Source of the DNA: Oikopleura dioica
Lineage: Eukaryota > Animalia > Chordata
Assembly: GCA_907165135.1 (NCBI GenBank)
Contig: OU015567.1
Coordinates: 6,076,001 to 6,140,000 of the forward strand
Direction of reading: 5' to 3'
Length of the DNA stretch: 64,000 nucleotides
Made by a program: the position numbers and the translations under genes
Shown: positions 12,401 through 24,400 of the stretch, in pieces
Layout: each line of letters starts with the position of its first letter
How positions within the stretch are numbered: position 1 is the stretch's first letter
The notes under the pieces: generated by a model
Seen by the model: the letters and a program-made list of their open reading frames with translations, nothing else
Database searches by the model: none
Told to the model about the DNA's origin: nothing

Positions 12401-15400
12401 TTATAGAGCTAAGTTTATCATTAAGGCCGATGTACAACAGCAAGCGATGCTTTCGTCGATCAGTGGTGAAGAAGCCGGACCACCAAAGCCACAGAAAGAC
12501 ACTTTGGTTAGTTCAAACGATGGAGCATCTACTGATATTGCGGCTCCAACGCCGGTGGTCGCTGCTTTGGATGATCAGAAGATCGCTGAAATGCGTGCCA
12601 AGATCTGGGAGTCGAACGAAAAGCTCAAATTGCTGGGCGCTAGAATCCAGAAGTTCGATAATAAGAGCGTTAACAGGATGAGGTTTCGCTCTATGATCGA
12701 CTTCTTGCGTCTAGCTTACGATCAAATGTCGAAAAAGCTTCATCATCTCGTCGAAACCGCCGGCAAGGAAGGGCTTGCACCCTTGGAAATGGAAGTCGCA
12801 AGTTTGGGAAAATCGCTGGAGCAGTTGTCTAGCGATATTTTTGACGAAGAGATGCACTGGCACAATCAGCAGCATGAATTGGACAGAATCAACCAAGAAA
12901 AACGGCAGCCACATCAGCCAGCGATCGCAACTCCTCATCAACACAGTCAACTGTCAAATATGCCGTCACAGCATTTTCAACCTCCTCCTCAAATGAGCTT
13001 CAACCAGCGATTTACTCCCCAAAATAATTTTGGCCCCCCTCAGCAGATTCCTCCTCATCATCAGATTCCTCCTCATCAGCAGATTCGTCCTCATCATCAG
13101 ATTCCTCATCACAGACAGTTCATGCAACCACTTGGCAACAGCCAGATGAATTTGCCACGCCGTGGACCAGTGGCGAAAAATGGATGCAAACCAGCGCAAT
13201 CCACAAAAAGAAAAAGAACAAAGAATTAAAATGAAGCTGTTCTTTTTGTATTTTATAATTTTGTATTTTTCGAGCTCTTTATAAAACCGGAAAAGCTGTC
13301 ATTTTAGGATCCCGGCTCTCCTACAATATATCTCACATTTATGTGTAGAAGTTTATTAATTTATTTTCAGGTTCAGTTTACAAAAGCGAAAATATTTCCT
13401 AGGAAGTTTTTCCTGATCCGCTTTGAAGAGAAACAAACTTGGTGCGAAGCTCGCGACGATTTCGTTTTCGAGCAAAGAATTCCAGAAGGAAGCGAAGAAA
13501 AGTCTCTTGATAAGAATGGAAAGTTTATACGTGTTTTGCGCGAACGAGCGGAAAAGTTACTCAAGAATGAGGGTGGAAGTCGGCGCTGCGAAGGTAAGTC
13601 CGATCTTAAAACGAGATCGTAGGGCCTTCATTCACGACCTGGAAGATGAATTTAAAACGGTCAGAGTTGCATCGCTGAATTCTCTTTGCACCTTAGCCGC
13701 TAAAGAGTCCACTGGAGATTTCGCCAAGCAGTCGATGGACTACATGGTAGACATGCTCAACGATGAATTGGAAATTGTTCGCCTGAATGCGATTAATAAC
13801 TGCGTAAAATGGCTTCGCGAGTTCCTGTTATGCTGGAAGATCAGAATGAGAATGTATTGACGAGCTGTTTGCCCGATTCTAGGCGAGAAATTAGGTAAAA
13901 TCATTAAAGAATGGGCAAAAAAGATAATTTACGGGCGAAAAATTTATAAAGAAAGCGCTATTTCTCCGTTTCATCTTTATTTCAGAATTTCTACCCATCG
14001 ATTACTGTCCTGCTGCCGTCTTCTGTCCAAAAATGCCTGAATCGAACAGTAGAAGAGCTCATCCAAAGTCTTCAAAAGTTCCCCGAGGACGAATCATCCA
14101 TTTACGTAGCTGTTTGCTGCCTGTTAAATGCCGACGTCCCTCTTCATGCACAACAATTGTTGGCTCACAAGATCCAGAGCCCATTAGAAAAAGAAGCTGT
14201 CTGAGGCCTGGATCTGTTGGAAATCTGCGTTCGATCCTCTGGAAAACTCTTTCACAATGAAATCGGAAAATATAGATTTTTAAATGAACTTATCCGCGTT
14301 GTCTCTCCCAAATATCTTGGACCAAGGTAACGTGGCTTAAAACCTGGCTTATCGCATGAGCATCAGTCCGCTGCGCTCCCCCTCTCGCCTCGAGTTCGGA
14401 GGACTTTCATTTGGAGGACCTCTTTTTGCGCCCTCACGCAGATGTAGGGACTTGTAATTTGCTTGACCTCCCAAAGAAAAGCCACTTGACTAAAATTTAT
14501 TTTGTTTTTAGGTCATCACCGCAGGTTAAAACTAGAATTATTGAATTGATGTATGGTTGGACTATTGCATTAAAAGGTTGAGCTTTTCTTATTCTTACAG
14601 CTACTGACTTTGAGTTTAGACCAAATAAAGATTGCTGATGCGTATTCAATGCTCAAGAAACAAGGCATCGTCAAGAAGGACCCGAAATTCGACGACAGAA
14701 GATTTCTCCCTACTCCTCAACAAAAAGAAAGGTACCAATTTAATCAAAATCAGTGTTGAAACATTGTTCAGGTGCGCATTAATAAAAGACGATGCTGAGG
14801 AAAAGCGACTGGCGGAACTTCTTGCGTCCAAGAATCCAGAAGACATCGCCCTGGCAAATGAAATGATCAAAACCATGTACGAGCAAGACAGTTAAAAGAC
14901 CGATCGAGAGGCGCGCAAAATGCTTTTGATGACAGAAGCGAAGGAAAAATACATGCTCATGGATGATATGATTGCTGCTGGAGCTACGTAAGGCCAAGTT
15001 CTTCTCTCATTTATTAACACTCTCTGAATAAAGAGCGAAATCGGCGATGGCAACAGTCTATTCGGACTTGGAATCAATGAGGCCACAGCTCTTCCGTCTC
15101 GCGTCAGAAGCAAATGAAAACAACGATGAGTTGATGGCGGTCCTCAGGCTAACAGATGAAGTCAATCGAGTCATCAATGTCGTGAAAGATAAATACCCCA
15201 ATGTAGTGGAGCTTTCGAAGTAAATTCTTTCTCATATTTCCTCCCTATTATTGTATTCTAGCGCTTCTACGCCAACTTCAAATTGAAGCAGCGTTCCATC
15301 ATCTGGTCTCACTGCAACATCAAGTCCGGATACCCAAACTTCTCGCCTCCACGACCTCGGCGTCGACTTGAACCTGCTCGGCCTCGAGGATGATCCTCCA

Positions 15401-18400
15401 TCGAACAGACCAGCTCAAAGTAGTGGAAATGTGATCGACGATTTGAAAACTCTGAACAGTATATTTGGGTCCTCTCCAATGGGAGAAGCACCGTAAGTCT
15501 CAAGAATTTTCTCTTAATCAATTTATTAGCTACGATCCTTGGCAGAGGTAGTTTTATAAAGGATTTTGTTCATTTATGCATGCATTTATTATCAGCTAAC
15601 AATTTTGCCTTTACTCGTCGATTTTGATGATTACTGAAGTTCTAACAATTTTTTCAGTCAGCCAACTCTGCTGGATATTAACCCATCAGCACCTTCTGTA
15701 TCCGCCATGACGAGCCAAGCCAGTCCCCAAATCGCTGTTTGGCCCACTCCACCCGAAGTGGCGGCTTTGACGGGAATCAAAGTCAATCTCGCTGATTTCC
15801 AGGCTTCTTCGACGACAAGAACTCTTGTCGACGATGATGGAGTCAGAGTCATCCTTGTCCGAGGAGAGAATAAAATTCAAGACAGAAGTGATGTCCCTGT
15901 ACTGCTAGTCACTTTTGATTCGACAAATCCTGCACCTATCGAGAATTTAATGTTCAATGCTAAAGTTGCAAAACCTTTCAGGTAAGAATCCTTTTCACTT
16001 CGAATCCTTTCAAACATTTTCTTTCAGAATAAAACTATTACAGCCATCAGGCAACGAGTTCCCTGCGTTCAACCCCGTTTCATCAACTTCTTCGCGCATT
16101 ACACAATTGATTCTAGTGGGAGGGCCGCTCATCCCAAATCAACTGGCAGCTCTCTGCGCCAATACCTAAATAATGTATGGGTAGTAATTTATGACTGTGG
16201 TCTCTGTTCGTAAACGAATAAACTATTTTATCAATTTTACCAATTGACAGAAGCCCAAAATGGACATTTTGTCTTTTCTTAAGTTTTGAATCCTAGGAAG
16301 CATGCATACCGCGTAGCGGTAATATTGTTGAAGTATTAATTATCCATTGCAATTTTCCTACGCAAAAGAAAGGGCTTAATTGATATTCGTGCATGTATAT
16401 AATGCTAAAGGACGCAGGTACGCAGTTTTTACTAAAGTGAGATATGAAATGTACGTGGATTGTACTAAAAAATATGCATGCTTACTCAAGGAATAATAGC
16501 GATCACCTTCCAAGATGCAATTTTCAGAGTCCAAAAAAGCACCTGTTTCCGAAGTAAAAGTAAAAAGAAGGAGAAAGAAAAAGCCAAATATTTTCCTCGC
16601 TATCTTTACTAATTCTTTTTATGCGGCGAAGCCCCCTTCAAAATCAACAGATTCGTAGGACAGAGGCTTATCGGCCAACTCTGGATTCCTCTCACGATAA
16701 TCGGACTTTTTGGCCCACCAAAAGTACGAAAAAGATAGCAACAGACGAGTCTCATTTCCTGGAAATATCTCATCAACAAGAAAGTTTTCAAAAGTTGCAT
16801 GGAGTTTGCAGATTTTTCATTTTATTCAAAAAAACAGGAAAAGAGCAAAAGTTTCGGGATAAAATTTGATAAAGATAGTATTGCTTGTCATTTGATGAAC
16901 AAATTTAATAAAGCTAATATTGCTTGTCATTTAATAAACGAATATGATGAAGGTTGTCTATTATGGCAATAATGAAGAATAAGTTAATCATTTTATAAAA
17001 TTAAGCAGTAAGAGTATAAAGTAGTTTTAACAGAGTAAATGGTAAGAGGTACATTGTTTAGGTGAACTATAACGATTCATTTTATCATGATACGAACATA
17101 TATCTCATTTCATTTTACATATGAAATATTAAATTGCTTGGAATAAACAATGATATACCACAAATAGTGTTTCATTTTGAATACTTTGGAGCGTTTCTAT
17201 GCAAAATTTACTTTGTAAAGCTCATTTAGCTCATTAAGCATAGCTTTTTTTTGAATGGTTGTCTCTTTCGAAAGGGATTTTTTCACCTCATTTTTTATTA
17301 ATGAAGTGAAGGAGAAATTTTCTTCTTATATTCGCAAGAAAATAGGGCGCATAGCATGAGATCAAGAGTCGTAAATATTTGAACGACCTAGAAATTGACG
17401 TTCAAAAAGTTTTTCCGAGCGATGTTGTTTGGTAAACCTACTTCAGAAACTCACAATTGCCCTCAATTGTCCTTATCTGTCCGACTTGTTACGTAAAGCT
17501 ATGAACAGCATGCTCGAATCATTTGTTTTCTATTTCCGTGGTCCTTTATCCCTTTATCGGCTGATTTAGGAGCTTCGCTTTTTTCGCCATCATTTTCTGA
17601 TTCAGTTGACGATTCTTGATCCGTCAGACCGATTTAGCGGTTATAAGGAAACGCCGGTGAAGACAAGGCTCATTTTATCCAAGAAATTTATTTTTTTTGT
17701 GTTGACAATGGAAATCGACGCTCTCATGAGAGAACGCGAAGACCGCCTCGGTCTTCGAGATTTAGCCCTCGAAAAAGAGAGTGAAAGTAAGTCTGATATT
17801 AAGTAAGACAGAAAGATTATATGCGATTTAGGGGAGGATGAAATCAATGCACTGGAACAAGAGCGACAGGAATTGGAACTACGATTGTTTGAGATGGAAG
17901 AAAGGGTTATTGAAGCCCAGCAGGAAAGAGAAAGATATCAAGCACTTGCACAGCTAGCGCAAAATGATGCTGATCGACGTAAGCTTTTAAATTTAACACA
18001 GATAAAGACACTTATCCCGAATTTTAGTTGAGGATGAAATAATCGTGAGAATCAATGCTATGGAAAATGAAGAAGAAAACAACGACGAGGGTTTCGTAGA
18101 GGTGGATGAAGATTTGGATGATCTGAGCGACGAAGAGAATGCTGATTGATGATTTTTTTTTGACGAAGTACACTGAAAACAGGTTGACACTTGTAGCTGA
18201 CACAATTGGAATAAAATAAATAACTACCTTCAATACTATTTGTATTTTTCTATGCAGTCACTTCGCATTTGCAACATGGTTTGAACTTCAGATTCAGATT
18301 TATAAGTCAGCTGAAGGGAGTCGACTTGATTGAGGTTTCGAATATCTGGGAATTCTTTGAAGCCGATTTGCTTGCGTTTTGATTCAGAGTTCGTGCTAAA

Positions 18401-21400
18401 TTTTGCCAGCTAAATAACAAGCAATTCATCTTACATTAAAAAAACGATAAGTCTTTGAAATTCGACGAGTAGTAAAGACGGGTCGTTGAATTTCTTGGCA
18501 TTTTTTTCTAAGTCGTCTATGTCGTCGTAATTTTCAAAGATATCGTAATCAAAATAATCTCTTCTTTCTTTCTCCAACGACGCGAAAGAACTCCAATCAA
18601 GGGGAATAACCGGCAAGAACCTTGTTATTATAAATAAGTTTGAATGTTTTTGGCGTTTTACCTTACTACGTTTTTTCTAAATCTGCCATTTATTAGACCC
18701 GATAATATGTTTTCGTCTTGAAGCCCATTCAACTTCTTGAGTTTCAAGCAGGCCCAGAAATTTTCAGTTGGGAACCCTGGCCATAAACAAATCGTACATA
18801 CTCCATGAAAGTTATGACGCCAAGAAACACTGAAGTTTTCAAGATAAATCGCGTCGAAGATATTTAACTCTCCGTAGAGCCTTTCGATATCAATTGGATC
18901 GGCACGTCTTTTGCGGATGGTGATTTTGATTATATTTTTTCTAGTATTAAGAAGAAATAGTGTAAGCAAGCATCCGGGAATAATCGATTTAAACATAACC
19001 AGGCCAGCAGTTGAAATCAACGGATTAACAGAATTTCGCCGATTTTTGCAGCTCCCGATTTCCCAGCTGTCTATTTTCTCTGGGATTACAGAAGCCAGCT
19101 CATCAGGATTAACAGCACAAAATGCCTTCATTTACGTCTTTTTTCGTTTTTTTCTATTTTGAGGTGCAAAAACGGAACCGTGAACTAAGCTAATCAATTG
19201 TTTGCAAATGAATTGACACTGTTATTTTATAGTCGCGGAAGTTTTATTTCTTTGCGGAAAAAAAGGCGAAAAAGTGGACAAGTTGATCTGTGAAATGAAA
19301 GAATAAAAAGACAAGCTAAACGATGAGGATGAATAATTATAATAAGTCGAGTACTGGAGGAGTTGTTTTATTCGTCTGAGTCGGACGAAATCGTTATGAC
19401 TGCATCAGTTTTCGCTTTTTTCGTAGCTGGTTCCTTGAATAAGGTCTTTTGGATTGGTAGAATAACTTTGCATTTACCTGAATCTCCTCCGAGTTACGAC
19501 GAAATAAAAATCTTTTCCATGCCGGTTTTCCGGCGAGTCTTAATTTTGAAGTCAGAACTATTCTCAATAAGAGTTGAGACTAACTTTTGACGATATAAAA
19601 AGGGGTTCTTCTTTCGGGGCGTTGAAGGATTGATCCTTGTTGGGTCTTGATAATCAAAATTGATTGGAGTCGAAGGTCTAGCTGGCTAAAAGATAAAAGT
19701 CAGAATATGCACATAGAAGTAATAGATTGCCTGGAAGGAGTCGTCGTCGGAACTTTCCGAGTTGATGTTGCTTGCGAGTGCTTTAATTCTATCCGCAAGG
19801 CTCGTCTCGTCGTCGTTATCTCTCAGTTCTTTTTGAGTTTGCTCGTTCTCAGCATCGAAATCTCTCGTGTAAAGGTCTTGTGGGTCATCGTCCGCCACAG
19901 TTGGGTCATCATTGATTAACTCGCTCTCGGATCCTGCTTCCTCATCGCTTTCCTCCCTCTCTCCGAAGATCAGTCCTCGATGGACCGTTTGATCGAGATT
20001 TTCTTCATTATCCGTGTCATCCTTAATTATGAAATGAAACTCTCTTCGGAAAATTTAGACTAACTGAGCTAAAGTCTTCTATTTTCAAATCACACCGCGA
20101 TAATTGTCGCTCCAAAATTTCGTCTTCTGTCAAAATGACGGCTTCTGTTTGAGAGTCGGTGTCGGGGCAGTCAGGAAATTTTTTGCTGTTTTGGAAAAAT
20201 CTTGTAACCTTGACGCTGTCGAATTTTCCGATCGGGAGGCCGCAAAACGTATTTTGTAGTTTCCTAAATAAGATTAAGTTAGCTTTTATCAGAAAAATTG
20301 AAAACTTACGAGAATAAACGCGCTTGCATCAAAAATTCTGCAATCGAAACATCCTCACTCAAGTTTTTGACGACTTCATTGGCATACAATGGTTCGTACA
20401 ACGGTTTATTGCGCGCGATCTTTTTCAATTCGTTATCAACGTCGTTGCTGTCAAAGACCATCTGACCGGTAAAGGGCGTTATCGCTCTTGATTCAAATTA
20501 TGATTGTTTCTTGAAGAAAAACTTACTTTGAAATCAGTGAATAAAACCGGCCGTCGAGAATTCCTCCTTGAAAAGATGCAGGGTCCAGGCATTTTTCCGT
20601 TGCTTTAACGAGAGTACATCCATCCCGGTTTCCAATATCCATCAGGATTGTATGAACCTGGATTTTTCCGTCAAATCGCATCATGTATCGCGCGTTTTCA
20701 AAACGTACGAAAGAGAATTGAGGAACATCCCCGAATTCTTTAAGAACAATTTGATGCCTCGGAGTCGGTGCGACAATCCTCAGCAATATTATCGAACTTC
20801 CGTCCATGACGCAGTGAAGAGTTAGTTCGATTAACCTGATTACAAATAAGAACTTTTTACTAGGGGTTTTTCATACCTGTCATTGTAAAATTTTTTAGAT
20901 CCGTCTTCAATTGTAAACAACCATCCGCAAAGGCCTATGTCTTCGAAACCTTTGTTGGCAATCCATTGATTCTCACGTATCTTTTTCGGAGGTATTCGTT
21001 TTAAGCCGCAAGAGCTTTTTATTTCTTGGAATTTTCTCATGGTTCGTTTTTGCAAAAAAAAAACTTTGATGTTTTTTGGGGGGATTATCACGAAGGATGA
21101 ATGTCGTGAGAATTGCTGTTGGAAGGAGAATATTTGTCGCTGTTGCACTTGAGGGAGCTATTTGAAATAGCACGATTGAGCTAAGTTTTCATGACCACTT
21201 CGCAGTTGCTCCAAAGCAAACCCATAAACGCTCGTTTCCTAAAATTTTCGCACCAAAGAACTAAGAAACCACGTTCAAAGAGAAAACACAGCGATGAATT
21301 GCAACTGGTTTCCCGCAATTTGCGGCGAGAAGAACGAGGTAATAAAAAGATTTTTACAGAATTAATTCACATGAAAAATAGGAAACAGAGTCATATAAAG

Positions 21401-24400
21401 TTACTACGGAAACTGTTAGTCGAGAAACTACCGCTTCTTATTTTGAGTTTTCCAAGAGCGTAAATGATCTGGAATCTTCCTTGCCCCAGACTCGACCCAC
21501 ATTTATGCCCGAGTCAATATCCGTAGAGACTTCTATTCCATCATCTGTCACTACGGATATGAACACATTTTTGTCCACTTCTGGCCAAGAGGTTATCGAG
21601 CCGATCACATTTTTGTCGACTGCTGGCCAAGAGCTAATCGAGCCGGACGCATTTTTGTCGACTCCTGGCCAAGAGCATATCGAGGTTTATTCTGAGCGTC
21701 TGACATCAATGTTTCGTGAAGATACCTCAGCTGCAATTTCATTTTCATTTACATCTCTACAAGACCAGAGTCAGGCTATTTTTGAATCTCAGACCACCAT
21801 CCATTTTCGAGACACTACAGCTGTAACTACGCTTGAGGATTTTTCCCATAAAGCAACGACTGCTGTTTTCGAGGCCGAGACTCTAGGTTATTTCACAGAG
21901 GCTTCTCAAACTAAAAGTTCCGTAATTTCACAAACATTGACTCAGACGGGTTTGAAGGCGCAAACAACTCAGACTTCTTTCGTGCAGACGTCAACGTCTT
22001 TTGACATGTCTGGAGTAAGAGCGCTTTGAAAAAACGAAAGACTAAAAAGCTATTTCAGACGGATGGAACAACGGAGACTGCCATAGCAAGCAAAGAAGCA
22101 AACATTCCGGGTTGGCTGATCGCGGTCCTGGTTATTCTTGCAATGATTGTTCTCGTCGTTTGCATCGGCTGTGGTTATCTTGTAAGTTTTTATCATCTGA
22201 AACTATAAACAAACTGAATAAGGTGTACCGGCTGTACAAGTGCATCAAGGGATCCCAGCGAGAGCATGACTACGAGATGGGGCGTCCGAACAAAGACAAG
22301 GATCGAAAGAATGAACACAGCGACCAGGAAAACAAAGAAGATGACCCGCATCGAACAAGCCACCCCAAAAACGCTGGAATGGGCTTCAGGGACAGTGATC
22401 AAAACCATCGGCCTGATGAAACTAAGAAGGATGACAATGGTGATGCCGGTGATGAAACTAAGAAGGATGAAAATGGTGATGCCGGATCAGACAATTCACA
22501 AGGTGATTTTCTCAATAGAATTTTTTTTGGCAATTCCTAACTTTCATTAAAGGCGGAAACAGCTCCAATCAAAAGACCAAAAAGGATGAGAAGACCGAAA
22601 ATACGAATACACAAGGTAATACCAGTTTTCACTTTTCTACCGATTTTAACATATCAAATAAGACGGAGGAACAAATATGGACATCAAGGAAGAGAAAAAA
22701 CAAACAATTTCCAAAGACGCGGCGAAAAAAATCCCAAAAAAAAGTAAGTTTTTCTCCGAGAAAAATGCCACAAAATTAACTCTTTCCTCTAGAAAACGTG
22801 TTTAATCGCGGAGGAAAATTTCCATGGAACCCAAGCCCAAAATCAAGCAATTCCCAACCATCGACAAGCTTTTTGGCGCCGATTACTTCACCAATACAAG
22901 CTGGATTACAGACAGGTAACTTTGACAACAATTTTTTCAGCTCCTACTCACCTCTTTTTTAGCTGCAAACAAGATCGCGACTACCCTCCCACGAAACCTT
23001 ACCGTCCAATTCGAGCAGGATAACAAAAGTAATTTATTTTTATCAGACAAGTATCCAAACTTCTTTTAATTAGCGGTCACCGTTCGATCGGTCAACAAAA
23101 TTGAGGTCAAACCGAAGCCAATGCCTGGAAAAGTTACAAAGCGACCCCCAAATCGACCACAAGCACTTCAACAGCAAAGATCAGAGTCACGACGTGTGTC
23201 ACTTCCAGAGCCCCGACCTGTTTCTCCTCCAGCAACTCGATCTGAGCCTCTCCAAGAATCACGACCTGAGCCTCTCCAAGAATCACGACCTGAACCACTT
23301 CCAGAGCAACGACCTGAGCCGCTTCCACAGCAACGACCTGAGCCTCTCCAAGAATCACGACCTGAACCAAGACCTGAACCTCTCCGAGAACTACGACGAA
23401 GCAATCGTCTTATGACACCGAAGAACTACGTTGAGTTCTCTTCAGACGAGAGTCTTTAAATCGCCCTACATCTCACGAAATCCGCATAAGAGATAACTTT
23501 TGAAGCCCCTGTAAATTCTCAAATCTGCTTTTCATGCGTAAGAAAAGATAATCTAAATAAAGAGTGAATTGTGTGAAAATCCGTTTGAATTTATTTGTTA
23601 GCATGTTAAGGTTGACATAAACGAAAAAAATAATGAAAACATAAATGAATGAAGGGATCAAATATATCCAGATGCGTTCTTGAGTGGGGTTGCAGTCACT
23701 TGGTCATCAGCAATCTGCCATTTTACATAGACATTGTTCAGTGCATTCTTTGTTGTTTTTCGAATGACGATCTCGTTCTTACGGGCTACCATGCCTGTCA
23801 TTGTAGCGCTGAACTTTTCATCGTCAAGGAGAGAACGTACGAAATGCTCCACCGGTGTTTCAATATCCTTTTTGACGCCTTATTATGAGTTGAAAGAATG
23901 GTTTTATCCTTATAAGTGAACTTGAATTAGCTTACTGAGTACTTTCTAACCCAAGCCTTTCGTTGATTTTTTTATTTTTATATCCCCCTTATCATTTTTA
24001 CCCTTGAGAATATAACATTTAGAGCTCAAGCCACAATAGGTGCCTTGCCCATATATCCCACCCTCGATTTTGAATAAACCCGGCGTTTTCTCCAATTTTT
24101 TTCAGCAATTTTTCGGCTTCCTTCTTAGAGTTATTTGATTCTCGCAGCATCTGGTCAGTGACTTTTTCAGGAACCATCCATGTGTCAACGAAATTTTTCC
24201 ATGACTCCTTCTTCTCAGATTTGACGAGTGTTTCAACATCATCACCTGTATAAGCAATCATAATCGAATCGGTGTCTGCGTAGCAAAGTTTGAATGATCC
24301 TTCCTTCAGATGAGTGCATATATTATCAATGAAATTGAACATGACCAATTTGCTTTTCTGATAGACTTAAAAAATATTAAGAGACCAATTCACGAACAAA

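Noticed and set aside
13341-13600. PWWP/chromo-like exon ([15 protein letters not shown]) upstream of the INTS4 fragment
   Set aside because: Similarity is too short to name. Probably another captured exon, but its origin is unsupported.
14330-14500. Intronic snoRNA in the enlarged GGA intron
   Set aside because: A short terminal stem (gtggctt/aagccac) is present, but no clear C/D or H/ACA boxes.
6512-16200. Left TIR as a separate solo end, with 7-16 kb being ordinary host chromosome
   Set aside because: The TSD matches, the split MITE rejoins and TBC intron 1 reconstructs to 42 nt. The enclosed genes are truncated, fused or stop-containing fragments, not native loci.
6850-16320. Helitron nested in the Polinton as the carrier of gene fragments
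   Set aside because: No convincing 5' TC / 3' hairpin-CTRR ends or Rep-helicase found by eye. Not fully excluded, but unsupported.
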